From: Mucisphaera calidilacus | GTDB taxonomy: Bacteria > Planctomycetota > Phycisphaerae > Phycisphaerales > Phycisphaeraceae | Length of the DNA: 32,000 nt | Direction: 5' to 3' | Assembly: GCF_007748075.1 (NCBI RefSeq) | Contig: NZ_CP036280.1 | Coordinates: forward strand, 2,400,001 to 2,432,000 | Shown here: piece by piece, positions 20,688-28,137 of the stretch | How the letters are laid out: every line of letters starts with the position of its first letter | Numbering within the stretch: the stretch's first letter is position 1 | Position numbers and translations under genes: made by a program | The notes under the pieces: model-generated | Told to the model about the DNA's origin: nothing | Database searches by the model: none | Seen by the model: only the letters and a program-made list of their open reading frames with translations

Positions 20688-21200
20688 TCAAGGCCAACCG
20701 ATCAGCCACGACACCACCGGCAGGATCGCCCACGCCAGGTAAACCCACTGGATCGCCACCATCAGCCCGTACCACAGCACCAGCAGAATCAACCCCGTGA
20801 TACGACCCGCCGCCGCCTCAGTCTCATCACACAAATACCTGTATACACCGGCGATATAAAACCACAGGTAAGCCGACGCCATCACCGCCGACACCAGCAG
20901 CCAGAACGACGCCAGCCACGCCAGCACCGCAAGCACGACCCAACCCGGCCCCAGCAGCCAGGCAAACCAAGGCGTCAACAACATCATCGCGATCAGCACC
21001 GCCCCCAGCGTCGACCAGTAAAACCACCAGTGCAGCACCGACGCGTTCATCACCGGAACCGCAACCCCAGTCACAGAAGCATCTTGCATCAGATTCAGGT
21101 TGTAGTCCGCCCCGCACTCCGGGCAGTTGCCCCGCAGAGCCAACCCGCGCAGCAGATACCCGCACTGACGACACGCCGGAATCGAACCTTCCTCTGACAT
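20688..21200 (-). CDS. Zinc-ribbon membrane protein, function unknown
   Basis: N-terminal CxxC...CxxC (CRQCGYLLRGLALRGNCPECG) is followed by about four Trp-rich TM helices. Third-position codon bias matches the other minus-strand genes here. Confidence 0.55.
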   Translation of the reverse strand: MSEEGSIPACRQCGYLLRGLALRGNCPECGADYNLNLMQDASVTGVAVPVMNASVLHWWFYWSTLGAVLIAMMLLTPWFAWLLGPGWVVLAVLAWLASFWLLVSAVMASAYLWFYIAGVYRYLCDETEAAAGRITGLILLVLWYGLMVAIQWVYLAWAILPVVSWLIGWP

Positions 21201-21220
21201 AAGCCCGTTATGCTACCGCC

Positions 21221-21661
21221 ATGCGCGACAAGCTCAAGATCCTTTTCCTCTGCACCGGCAACTCCTGCCGCTCCCAGATGGCCGAGGGGTGGACCCGCCA
21301 CCTACAAGGCGACACCCTCGAAGCCTACTCCGCAGGCGTGGTCGCCAAGGGCCTTAACCCCAATGCCATCAAGGTGATGCAGGAAGCGGGCGTCGACATC
21401 ACCAGCCAGCAGTCGCAGACCATGCAGCAGATCATCGACCTCGGCATCGAGCCGGACATCGTCGTCACCGTCTGCCAGCACGCCCACGAGAACTGCCCCG
21501 TCTTCCCCGCCAAAGCACGCATCGTCCACCACGGCTTCGACGACCCGCCCCTCCTCGCGGAGAACGAGCCGGACCCCGAAATCGCGCTCGGCCACTACCG
21601 ACGGGTACGCGACGAGATCAAGGCCTTCGCCCAGGGCCTGCCCGACAACCTCGGAACATAA
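21221..21661 (+). CDS. arsC: Arsenate reductase, LMW-PTP (thioredoxin-coupled) type
   Basis: P-loop ILFLCTGNSCRSQMAEGW (CX5R) plus downstream Cys residues (VTVCQHAHENCP), as expected for the thioredoxin-coupled ArsC family. Confidence 0.9.
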   Translation: MRDKLKILFLCTGNSCRSQMAEGWTRHLQGDTLEAYSAGVVAKGLNPNAIKVMQEAGVDITSQQSQTMQQIIDLGIEPDIVVTVCQHAHENCPVFPAKARIVHHGFDDPPLLAENEPDPEIALGHYRRVRDEIKAFAQGLPDNLGT

Positions 21662-21715
21662 ACCTCTCCCCAACAAATCCTTCCGGCGAATTGATCCGGC
21701 CCAAAACCGGCCCAT

Positions 21716-21760
21716 AAAAAAGGGGCCCCACACGTGCGGAGAGGCGCACAGCAGGGCCCT
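21716..21760 (-). terminator. Two-tier GC hairpin + T6, minus-strand intrinsic terminator
   Basis: Outer stem GGGCCC (21754-59) pairs with GGGCCC (21723-28). Inner stem pairs 21745-49 with 21734-38 around a 6-nt loop. On the minus strand it is followed by TTTTTT (21721->21716). The plus-strand side has no T-run. Confidence 0.6.
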
Positions 21761-22040
21761 GGGTGGTGGGGCTGATTGTGTGAATAGAGTAAATCACAAA
21801 GCCGTGAAACGTCCAGACCCTACCCCCCAGTTTTAGGGGTTTTTCCTGTTTTTTGGGGGATCCCCCCTATCTCTCCATCGTGCTAACTATCCAATTTGCA
21901 ATGATTAACGCGTAATAAGACGTTTTTGATCCCGAAAGCCTCCCCGGCACGTCTCCCCGACCGGAGGAAACCACGTACAGCGCGATTCGTTCATGGAACC
22001 TCGTCGGTTGCGCGAAGAATCACTCCTCGCCCGGCTCATC

Positions 22041-22070
22041 AAAAAACCCCGACGTCGCGCGACGCCGGGG
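22041..22070 (-). terminator. Rho-independent terminator of the spondin-like PEP-CTERM gene
   Basis: The hairpin ccccgacgtc-gcgc-gacgccgggg spans 22047-22070, with one mismatch. On the minus strand it is followed by TTTTTT (22046->22041). It starts 28 nt after the TGA at 22098-22100. Confidence 0.65.
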
Positions 22071-22097
22071 CCGGTGACGAGATTCAGTTTCAAACCA

Positions 22098-22907
22098 TCA
22101 ACGCAGCCGGCGGACCATCGCCAGGCCGAGCAGACCGGTCAGGGCAGCGCTGGCCGGCTCCGGCACGATGGTGATGCGGGCGATCAGGTCGTCCGCCGCA
22201 AAACCTTGACTCACCTGGTAGATGGGGTTCGACGTCCCGACGAGTGAGGTCACGTAAGCGCCCGCGAGGGCGTCATCAAAGAAGGGCGTGACCGGTACGT
22301 CGGTGACGCCGCCGGCGCCGCCGTCCTGGCCGGCGACGAAGGCGGGTCCGTCCGCCGCGTCATTGGCCTCGGTCCCCGCGTCCAGCACCGATCGGCCGTA
22401 GATCAGGATCTCAACCGGGCCCTGGAAGTTGCCCGCCGCGTCAAACAGCTCGATCGCGAAGGGATCATCGTTGCCGACGAACAGGTCGTTGCTGGGGATC
22501 AGCATGGAGGCGTAGCTGAAGTAGCGATTGACCGTGGCGTCGCCGACGCTCAGGGTCAGGGAGTCGGTGTCGCCCGGCGTAAAGACGGGCGGCGCGGTGG
22601 AGGGGCTGGCGACGACGCCATCGACGCCCCCGGCGAGTCCCGCGGCGCTGGCGCCGAAAGCGGCCGAGATCGGGTCGGTCATGCCGAGTTCGGCCAGTTC
22701 CTCGGTGCCGGCGAAGCCGGCGAGGGTCGAGCCGGCGTCGTAGCTGTCGAACCCGCCGTCGTGGGCCGCGACCCAGAAGGGCGTGAACGAGAAACCGCCC
22801 GTCGGCTGGAGATTCTCGACGGTTACCGTGATGTCCTGCCCTTGGGCGGCGGCACCGCTGAGACCCAGAACCGCACCCACCATCATCATTCCTGTCTTAC
22901 GAAGCAT
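22098..22907 (-). CDS. Spondin_N-like domain protein with canonical PEP-CTERM anchor
   Basis: AAGGAGGAG lies 6 nt upstream of the ATG. Signal peptide MLRKTGMMMVGAVLGLSGAAAQG. ITVTVENLQPTGGFSFTPFWVAAHDGGF...ELAELG resembles bacterial spondin-domain proteins; this is from memory and was not searched. C-terminus VPEPASAALTGLLGLAMVRRLR. Confidence 0.7.
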   Translation of the reverse strand: MLRKTGMMMVGAVLGLSGAAAQGQDITVTVENLQPTGGFSFTPFWVAAHDGGFDSYDAGSTLAGFAGTEELAELGMTDPISAAFGASAAGLAGGVDGVVASPSTAPPVFTPGDTDSLTLSVGDATVNRYFSYASMLIPSNDLFVGNDDPFAIELFDAAGNFQGPVEILIYGRSVLDAGTEANDAADGPAFVAGQDGGAGGVTDVPVTPFFDDALAGAYVTSLVGTSNPIYQVSQGFAADDLIARITIVPEPASAALTGLLGLAMVRRLR

Positions 22908-23037
22908 CTTGACTCCTCCTTAGGGGAGATCGCGCGGGATAACTTGCGAGTGTGCCCGCCGCGCACGGACACCTCGTGACGTTTCCGTAGGTTTGAACTT
23001 TCCGTCTTCCCGAGCGGCTCACGCGAGCCGCGATTGT

Positions 23038-23658
23038 TCAGCGATCTCTATCGGTGGGCGCATCGCAGCCGAGGACGCGGAAGATCGCGTCGGCGACTCG
23101 GTCGCAGTAGTGCAGCGCAGGCCCCTGGAGTTTTTCCTCGTTGATCCTTCGCGGGACGTTGAGCATCAGGCCGGTGACCATGGTGACCGCGAGGTCGAGG
23201 TCCATGCCCTCGCAATTGCCCTCGGTCATGCCGTCGGCAAGCAGCCGGCGGAGGAGCCGACCCTGTACGTAATAAATGTCGCCCAGTCGCTCGGCGTAAG
23301 CACGCGGCATGAGCAGGACATAGGTGAAGGCGTCAACGTTGCCGTCGTAGTAGTTGTACGTGAGTTCGACCCAGCGGCGCAGCCGTTGGCGGAAGGGCTG
23401 ATCGGCGTCGACGAGTTCCTGTTTCTCGCGGATCATCTCCAGGACGATGGTCTTGTAGATCTCCTCCCAGAGCGCGGATTTGTTCTGGAAGTGGCGGTAG
23501 AGGGTGGCCTCGGTGACGCCTGCCTCGCGGGTGATGGAGCGGACGGAGGCCTTATCCATGCCGCCATCGCGTGCGAGCCGGAGGGCGGCCTCGGTGAGCG
23601 CGTGCCGGGTTCCGAGCTCATGAACGTCGCCAGTCTCATGTAAACGATCGTTGACCAT
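23038..23658 (-). CDS. TetR/AcrR family transcriptional regulator
   Basis: HTH region ASVRSITREAGVTEATLYRHFQNKSALWEEIY, followed by an all-helical C-terminal ligand domain. Confidence 0.9.
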   Translation of the reverse strand: MVNDRLHETGDVHELGTRHALTEAALRLARDGGMDKASVRSITREAGVTEATLYRHFQNKSALWEEIYKTIVLEMIREKQELVDADQPFRQRLRRWVELTYNYYDGNVDAFTYVLLMPRAYAERLGDIYYVQGRLLRRLLADGMTEGNCEGMDLDLAVTMVTGLMLNVPRRINEEKLQGPALHYCDRVADAIFRVLGCDAPTDRDR

Positions 23659-23663
23659 GCTGT

Positions 23664-23679
23664 GTCAACGCGCGTTGAC
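23664..23679. promoter_or_regulatory. Perfect 16-bp palindrome, candidate TetR operator
   Basis: gtcaacgcgcgttgac lies 6 bp upstream of the TetR ATG. A third copy of the half-site cgttgac sits at 23649-23655, inside codons 2-4. Confidence 0.5.
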
Positions 23680-23807
23680 TTGAGATCATTCCAGATATGC
23701 CGATTTACTTTCCGTTTTCACACAACGCTTACAGAAGGCGTGTCACTGCACAATGAACATCGCTCATCCGTAGTATGATGCTGAATCCCCTTGATACTGA
23801 GCCGGAA

Positions 23808-23881
<74 letters not shown>

Positions 23882-24094
23882 GTGACAGGGCATCGTAACC
23901 CAGAGGGTGGTCGGACGCCACGACGGGGATCGGGGTTCGGTGTCGTGTCCGGATAATGGTCTCCTTTCAAGGCACCGCACCCGTCGCAGCCGGAATTTTC
24001 GCTACGGGCGGCGCAGAGCGGTTAAGTGGGTCATGCGGTGCGTCGATGTCGCTCGTGCCTGCCGGTAAATCCGGCGCAGGCCCGAGGACCGACC

Positions 24095-24757
24095 ATGACC
24101 GTAGCAGACCTCAAACCTCGCCCCGACCACATCGAACCGGCTGTCCCCGTGGGTCGGCTGGACGGACCGGGCCCGGCGTATGAGCTGACCAAGCGTCTGC
24201 TCGACGCGGGTTGTGCTGCCGCGGGGATCCTGGTGCTGTTGCCGCTTCTGCTGGGCTGCGCGTTGTGGATCAAGATGGTAGATCGCGGGCCGATCTTCTA
24301 TTGGCAGTGGCGGGCGGGCCGCAACGGCTGGCTGTTCCGCCTGTGGAAGTTCCGGACGATGTCGCTGAACGCCGAGGACGGCGGGGCGAAGCTGGCGGCG
24401 GCGGGCGATTCCCGGATCCTGCCTGGCTGCCGCTGGATGCGCAAGTCGCACGTGGACGAGTTGCCGCAGCTCTGGAACATCCTCAAGGGTGACATGTCGC
24501 TGGTGGGCCCCCGGCCGGAACGTCCGGAAATCATCGAGCAGCTGCGTGAGGACGTGCCGCACATCGAGTGGCGACTTACCGGACAGCCGGGATTAACGGG
24601 CCTTGCACAGGTCCGAAACGGTTACAGCAACGATCTAAAGGGCATGCGAAGAAAGCTCGCCTTTGACCTGAAGTACCTGCGGAATCGCTCGACGCTGGGC
24701 GACCTGCGACTGATTGCACAGACTCTGCCCCGGTGCTGGGATACCAGCGCCTGCTGA
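24095..24757 (+). CDS. Small (PglC/WbaP-C-like) polyprenyl-phosphate phosphoglycosyl transferase
   Basis: Bacterial sugar transferase signature: KRLLDAGCAAAGILVLLPLLL re-entrant helix, GPIFYWQWRAGRNGWLFRLWKFRTM, DELPQLWNILKGDMSLVGPRP. ATG at 24095; the ORF-track start at 24026 is a GTG. Confidence 0.9.
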   Translation: MTVADLKPRPDHIEPAVPVGRLDGPGPAYELTKRLLDAGCAAAGILVLLPLLLGCALWIKMVDRGPIFYWQWRAGRNGWLFRLWKFRTMSLNAEDGGAKLAAAGDSRILPGCRWMRKSHVDELPQLWNILKGDMSLVGPRPERPEIIEQLREDVPHIEWRLTGQPGLTGLAQVRNGYSNDLKGMRRKLAFDLKYLRNRSTLGDLRLIAQTLPRCWDTSAC

Positions 24758-24779
24758 TGAAGGACCGGAAGTGAGACCC

Positions 24780-25523
24780 ATGATGAGCACAGCACCCCGG
24801 ACCATCACCCTACTCGCGGCGATCGGCCTCCTGGCCCTGACCGGCTGCCAGCCGACCTACACGGACTACGGCGACTTCGTGCAGACGCCCAAGCCTCTGG
24901 TGACGGCGACGGAGTACCGGATGGCGCCGCCGGACTCGATCCACATCGGTTCGAAGCGTGTGCGTGAGATCGACGGGGTGACGCAGCAGATCCGCCCGGA
25001 CGGGATGGTGTCACTGCCGCTGGTGGGCGAGGTGTTCGCGGCGGGCAAGACGCCGATGGAACTCGCCGACGAGATCGAGGCGCACGCGCAGCTCTACTAC
25101 GAGGACGCGGACGTCGCGGTGCGTGTGGTGGATTACCAGAGCAAGAAGATCTATGTCTTCGGCGAGGTGGGTCGTTCGGGCCCGTACTCGTACGACGGCA
25201 CGAACACGGTGTTCCGGACGCTGGCGCTGGCACAGCCCAACCGTCTGGCGAACCCGTCGAAGGTTCAGATTCTTCGCCCGAACCCGGACGGGACGTTCCG
25301 TCGGAAGATGACGATCGACTTCGACAAGATGGTCAAGAGCGGCGACACGTCGCTGGACGCCGTGCTCGAAGAGAACGACGTGATCTACGTGCCGCCGAAC
25401 GCTCTGGCGTCGATCGGCCTGGCGTGCCGCCAGCTGTTGCTGCCGATCCTGCCGATGTCGGAGGTCGTCAACGGCCCGGTCAGCATGCACAACGACCTGC
25501 AGAGTGTGCAGAGCACGCCATAA
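24780..25523 (+). CDS. Polysaccharide export lipoprotein (Wza-like, Poly_export + SLBB; PEP-CTERM-locus type)
   Basis: Lipobox LLALTGC. Poly_export core YRMAPPDSIHIG...IRPDGMVSLPLVGEVFAAGKTPMELADEIE...VVDYQSKKIYVFGEV. SLBB-like tail ending DVIYVPP. Confidence 0.85.
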   Translation: MMSTAPRTITLLAAIGLLALTGCQPTYTDYGDFVQTPKPLVTATEYRMAPPDSIHIGSKRVREIDGVTQQIRPDGMVSLPLVGEVFAAGKTPMELADEIEAHAQLYYEDADVAVRVVDYQSKKIYVFGEVGRSGPYSYDGTNTVFRTLALAQPNRLANPSKVQILRPNPDGTFRRKMTIDFDKMVKSGDTSLDAVLEENDVIYVPPNALASIGLACRQLLLPILPMSEVVNGPVSMHNDLQSVQSTP

Positions 25524-25562
25524 CACGCGCCTGACACAGGGGAGTCCCTGAGGAAGTTCACC

Positions 25563-27221
25563 ATGACACAGCCCAACGAACAACAGACTGCGATCTTCGA
25601 GATGTGGTCGATCGTCTCGCGGTATCGCTGGCGTTTCATCCTGCCGTGCTTCGGCGTGATGGTGGCGGTGATGCTGGTCTGTCTGATGCTCCCGAGGAAG
25701 TATCGCTCGGAGTCGGTCTTCGAGATCCGCACGGACCTGGTGCTCAAGGAGATGACCGCGCGTGGCGCGACGGACGAGTTCCAGGTGCCGCGGAGTTCGG
25801 TGACCGAGGAGTTGTCGGGCGAGGTGGCGATCGACCGCCTGATCCGCAAGATCAAGCCGGAATTGCGTGAGCTGGGCGTGGTGCGATCGTCGTTTGACCT
25901 TCAGCAGTTCCGCCTGAACCTGCTGCGTCGGGTGACGGTTCGCTGGGACCTTGCGAGTCCTCAGCTCGACCGCGTGCGTGTGAGTTACACCGGATCGAAC
26001 CCCGAGGTGACGCGGCTGGTCGTGAACAACCTGGTGTCGGCGTACATTGACCAGACAAACGCGGACATGGATCAGCGTCTGACGGAGTCGGCGGCGTTCT
26101 TCCGCCGCGAGCAGGAGCGTGGCCAGCAAACGATCGAGGCGATCGAGAACCGGATGCTGCGGTTCGAGATCGAGCACGCCGCGTTGCTGCCCGAGAACCC
26201 GCTGAACATCCAGAACCAGCTGCTGGAGAGTCGCCAGGACCTGGACGCGCTGATCGCGGAGCGTGAGACGCACATCGGTCGTCTCGATGCGCTGCACGCG
26301 GTGCTGGACGCCGAGCCCGAGATGCTCGAGGCGGTCGTGATGGGCAACAACCCGGAGCGTGCGGAGGTCGAGGCGCACAAGCGTGAGCTCGAGTCTCAGC
26401 TGAGCACGAACATCAACATCTACCGGATGCGTGAACAGCACCCGGACGTGGTGGCCCTGAAGAATCAGATCGATGCGGCGGCAGAACGGATCAAGGCGAT
26501 CGACCAGCAGGTCGTGACGTCGCGCAACCTGGTCCAGAACCCGCGTCACAACGAGTACACGCTGGCGATCACGCGGGCGGAGGGCGAGTTGGCGTCGGTG
26601 AACGACCGCATCGCCGCGATCCGGATCAGCCTTGATGCGCTGGGCGAGAACTCGGCGAAGCTGTTCCCGGCGCGGAGCGAGTACCGCAAGCTCGAGCGTG
26701 AGCTGGCCGAGGCGCGTGGCGACCTGAGCTTCTGGGAGGCGAACCTCCGCCGGGTCGACCTGGCGTTGGCCGCGGAGAACGGCGACCGGGGCATCCAGCT
26801 GGCGTTCGTGAAGCGAGCGGGTGCGGCATGGAAGCCGGTGTCGCCCGACCTGACGCAGGTGCTGCTCGCGTGCCTGCTGCTCGGGACGCTGTCGGGTTCG
26901 CTGGGCGTCTACCTGGCCTACCGGACGGAGACGGCGTACCACGAGGGTCAGAAACTGGCTTCGGACCTGGGCATCCCGCTGATCGGCACGGTGAGCGAGG
27001 TGATCTCGCGTCAGGACCGCCGTACGCGTCGGATCCGCAACCTCATCCTGTACCCGACCAACGCGGTGGTGATGGCGGCGGTGCTGCTGGGCCTCGCGGG
27101 CGTTCTCTACCTGGATCTCGAGAAGCCTCACGTGTTGTCACTGAGCGGTGACGAGGCGATCGCTCAACCGGAACCGTCCCCGTCCTCGGCCGTCGATGCC
27201 GTGAAGCGTGAGAGAGAGTAA
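25563..27221 (+). CDS. Polysaccharide chain-length determinant (Wzz/GumC-like, PEP-CTERM-locus type)
   Basis: AGGAAG lies 6 nt upstream of the ATG. N-terminal TM segment followed by PRKYRSESVF. A long coiled-coil periplasmic region is followed by C-terminal TM helices (VLLACLLLGTLSGSLGVYLAY). Confidence 0.8.
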   Translation: MTQPNEQQTAIFEMWSIVSRYRWRFILPCFGVMVAVMLVCLMLPRKYRSESVFEIRTDLVLKEMTARGATDEFQVPRSSVTEELSGEVAIDRLIRKIKPELRELGVVRSSFDLQQFRLNLLRRVTVRWDLASPQLDRVRVSYTGSNPEVTRLVVNNLVSAYIDQTNADMDQRLTESAAFFRREQERGQQTIEAIENRMLRFEIEHAALLPENPLNIQNQLLESRQDLDALIAERETHIGRLDALHAVLDAEPEMLEAVVMGNNPERAEVEAHKRELESQLSTNINIYRMREQHPDVVALKNQIDAAAERIKAIDQQVVTSRNLVQNPRHNEYTLAITRAEGELASVNDRIAAIRISLDALGENSAKLFPARSEYRKLERELAEARGDLSFWEANLRRVDLALAAENGDRGIQLAFVKRAGAAWKPVSPDLTQVLLACLLLGTLSGSLGVYLAYRTETAYHEGQKLASDLGIPLIGTVSEVISRQDRRTRRIRNLILYPTNAVVMAAVLLGLAGVLYLDLEKPHVLSLSGDEAIAQPEPSPSSAVDAVKRERE

Positions 27222-27225
27222 GGAC

Positions 27226-28137
27226 ATGTACGAAGAGTTTTTCAGGCTTCGACAGCTGCCGTTCGAGAACACGCCCGACCCTCGCTTCTTCTATGACAGC
27301 GAGCAGCACCGCGAGGCGCTGGCGGCGATCGAGTACACGATCCGCCTGCGCAAGGGCATCGTGCTGGTGACGGGCGAGATCGGCTCGGGCAAGACGACGG
27401 TGGGCCGGAAGATGCTCAGCCGTTGTGGCGACCAGTGCACGGTGGCGCAGATCGTTCACGCGCACAAGGACCGCGCGGACCTGATCGCGCACGTGATCCG
27501 TGCGATCGGCGTGGAGCCGCCCGAGGGCGCGACACACGCCCGTTTGCTGGAGATTCTGCACGAGGTGCTCATCGAGCACGCTCAGCAGCGTCGGCCGGTG
27601 GTGCTGTTCGTCGACGAGGCCCAGAACCTCTCGGACTCGTCGCTGGAGGAGCTGCGTCTGCTCAGCAACTTCGATACGAACACGGTGAAGCTGCTCCAGC
27701 TGGTGCTCGTGGGTCAGCCCGAGCTGCGTCAGCGGATCGCGGCGCCGCACATGCTGCCGCTGCGCCAGCGGATCGTGCTGGCCAAGCAGCTCAAGGCGAT
27801 GAGCCGAGCGGACACGGGCGCGTACATCGCGCACCGGCTGTGTGCCGCGAGCCTGGACCCCGATCACCCGGTGGTCGACTTCGACGAGCGCGCGGTCAAC
27901 GCGGTGTACGAGAACACGGGCGGGACGCCTCGGCTGATCAACGTAGTGTGTGATAACGCGTTGCTGATGAGCTACGTTCGAGAAACGACCACCGTGACAG
28001 CCGATACGGTTCTTGCCGTGATTGAAGACATGCTGCCTAGCTTTGGTGAACCGGTCGTGCGTCCGGTGAGCAAACGCGGCGAGTGGACGGCTCCAAGAAT
28101 GGGGACACGATCGTGGGATACATCTTTGACGCTCTGA
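27226..28137 (+). CDS. ExeA/GspA-like AAA ATPase (PEP-CTERM-locus putative secretion ATPase type)
   Basis: N-terminus MYEEFFRLRQLPFENTPDPRFFY. Walker A GEIGSGKTT and Walker B/DEAQ box LFVDEAQNL. LVLVGQPEL block. The start lies 4 nt after the upstream TAA, with AAGGA upstream. Confidence 0.85.
   Translation: MYEEFFRLRQLPFENTPDPRFFYDSEQHREALAAIEYTIRLRKGIVLVTGEIGSGKTTVGRKMLSRCGDQCTVAQIVHAHKDRADLIAHVIRAIGVEPPEGATHARLLEILHEVLIEHAQQRRPVVLFVDEAQNLSDSSLEELRLLSNFDTNTVKLLQLVLVGQPELRQRIAAPHMLPLRQRIVLAKQLKAMSRADTGAYIAHRLCAASLDPDHPVVDFDERAVNAVYENTGGTPRLINVVCDNALLMSYVRETTTVTADTVLAVIEDMLPSFGEPVVRPVSKRGEWTAPRMGTRSWDTSLTL

Noticed and set aside
20441-20742. Small plus-strand ORFs 20441..20644 and 20530..20742 in the intergenic region
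   Set aside because: The Lys/Asn/Pro/Thr-rich peptides are generated by the phased A-tract repeat. There is no RBS and their composition is unlike any gene in the window.
21761-21790. Possible tmRNA (ssrA). GGGGCTGATT at 21768-21777 equals the first 10 nt of E. coli tmRNA, and its complement reads CAGCCCCACCA like a tRNA-like 3' end.
   Set aside because: Neither strand has a GGTTCGA-type T-arm next to the acceptor. There is no matching partner acceptor strand at the expected distance. No tag reading frame ends in a hydrophobic ...AA-stop peptide. I treat this as a coincidence, though an Rfam scan would settle it.
21662-22097. Canonical DnaA boxes to support an origin call
   Set aside because: By eye nothing is better than 7/9 matches to TTATCCACA/TGTGGATAA, and there is no clustered repeat of one box. 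The origin idea therefore rests on compositional polarity only and is reported as a hypothesis, not a feature.
21905-22174. Small ORFs in the non-coding gap (21905..22093 minus, 21926..22174 and 21993..22247 plus)
   Set aside because: They run through terminator hairpins or into the neighbouring gene, are Arg-rich, and lack start context.
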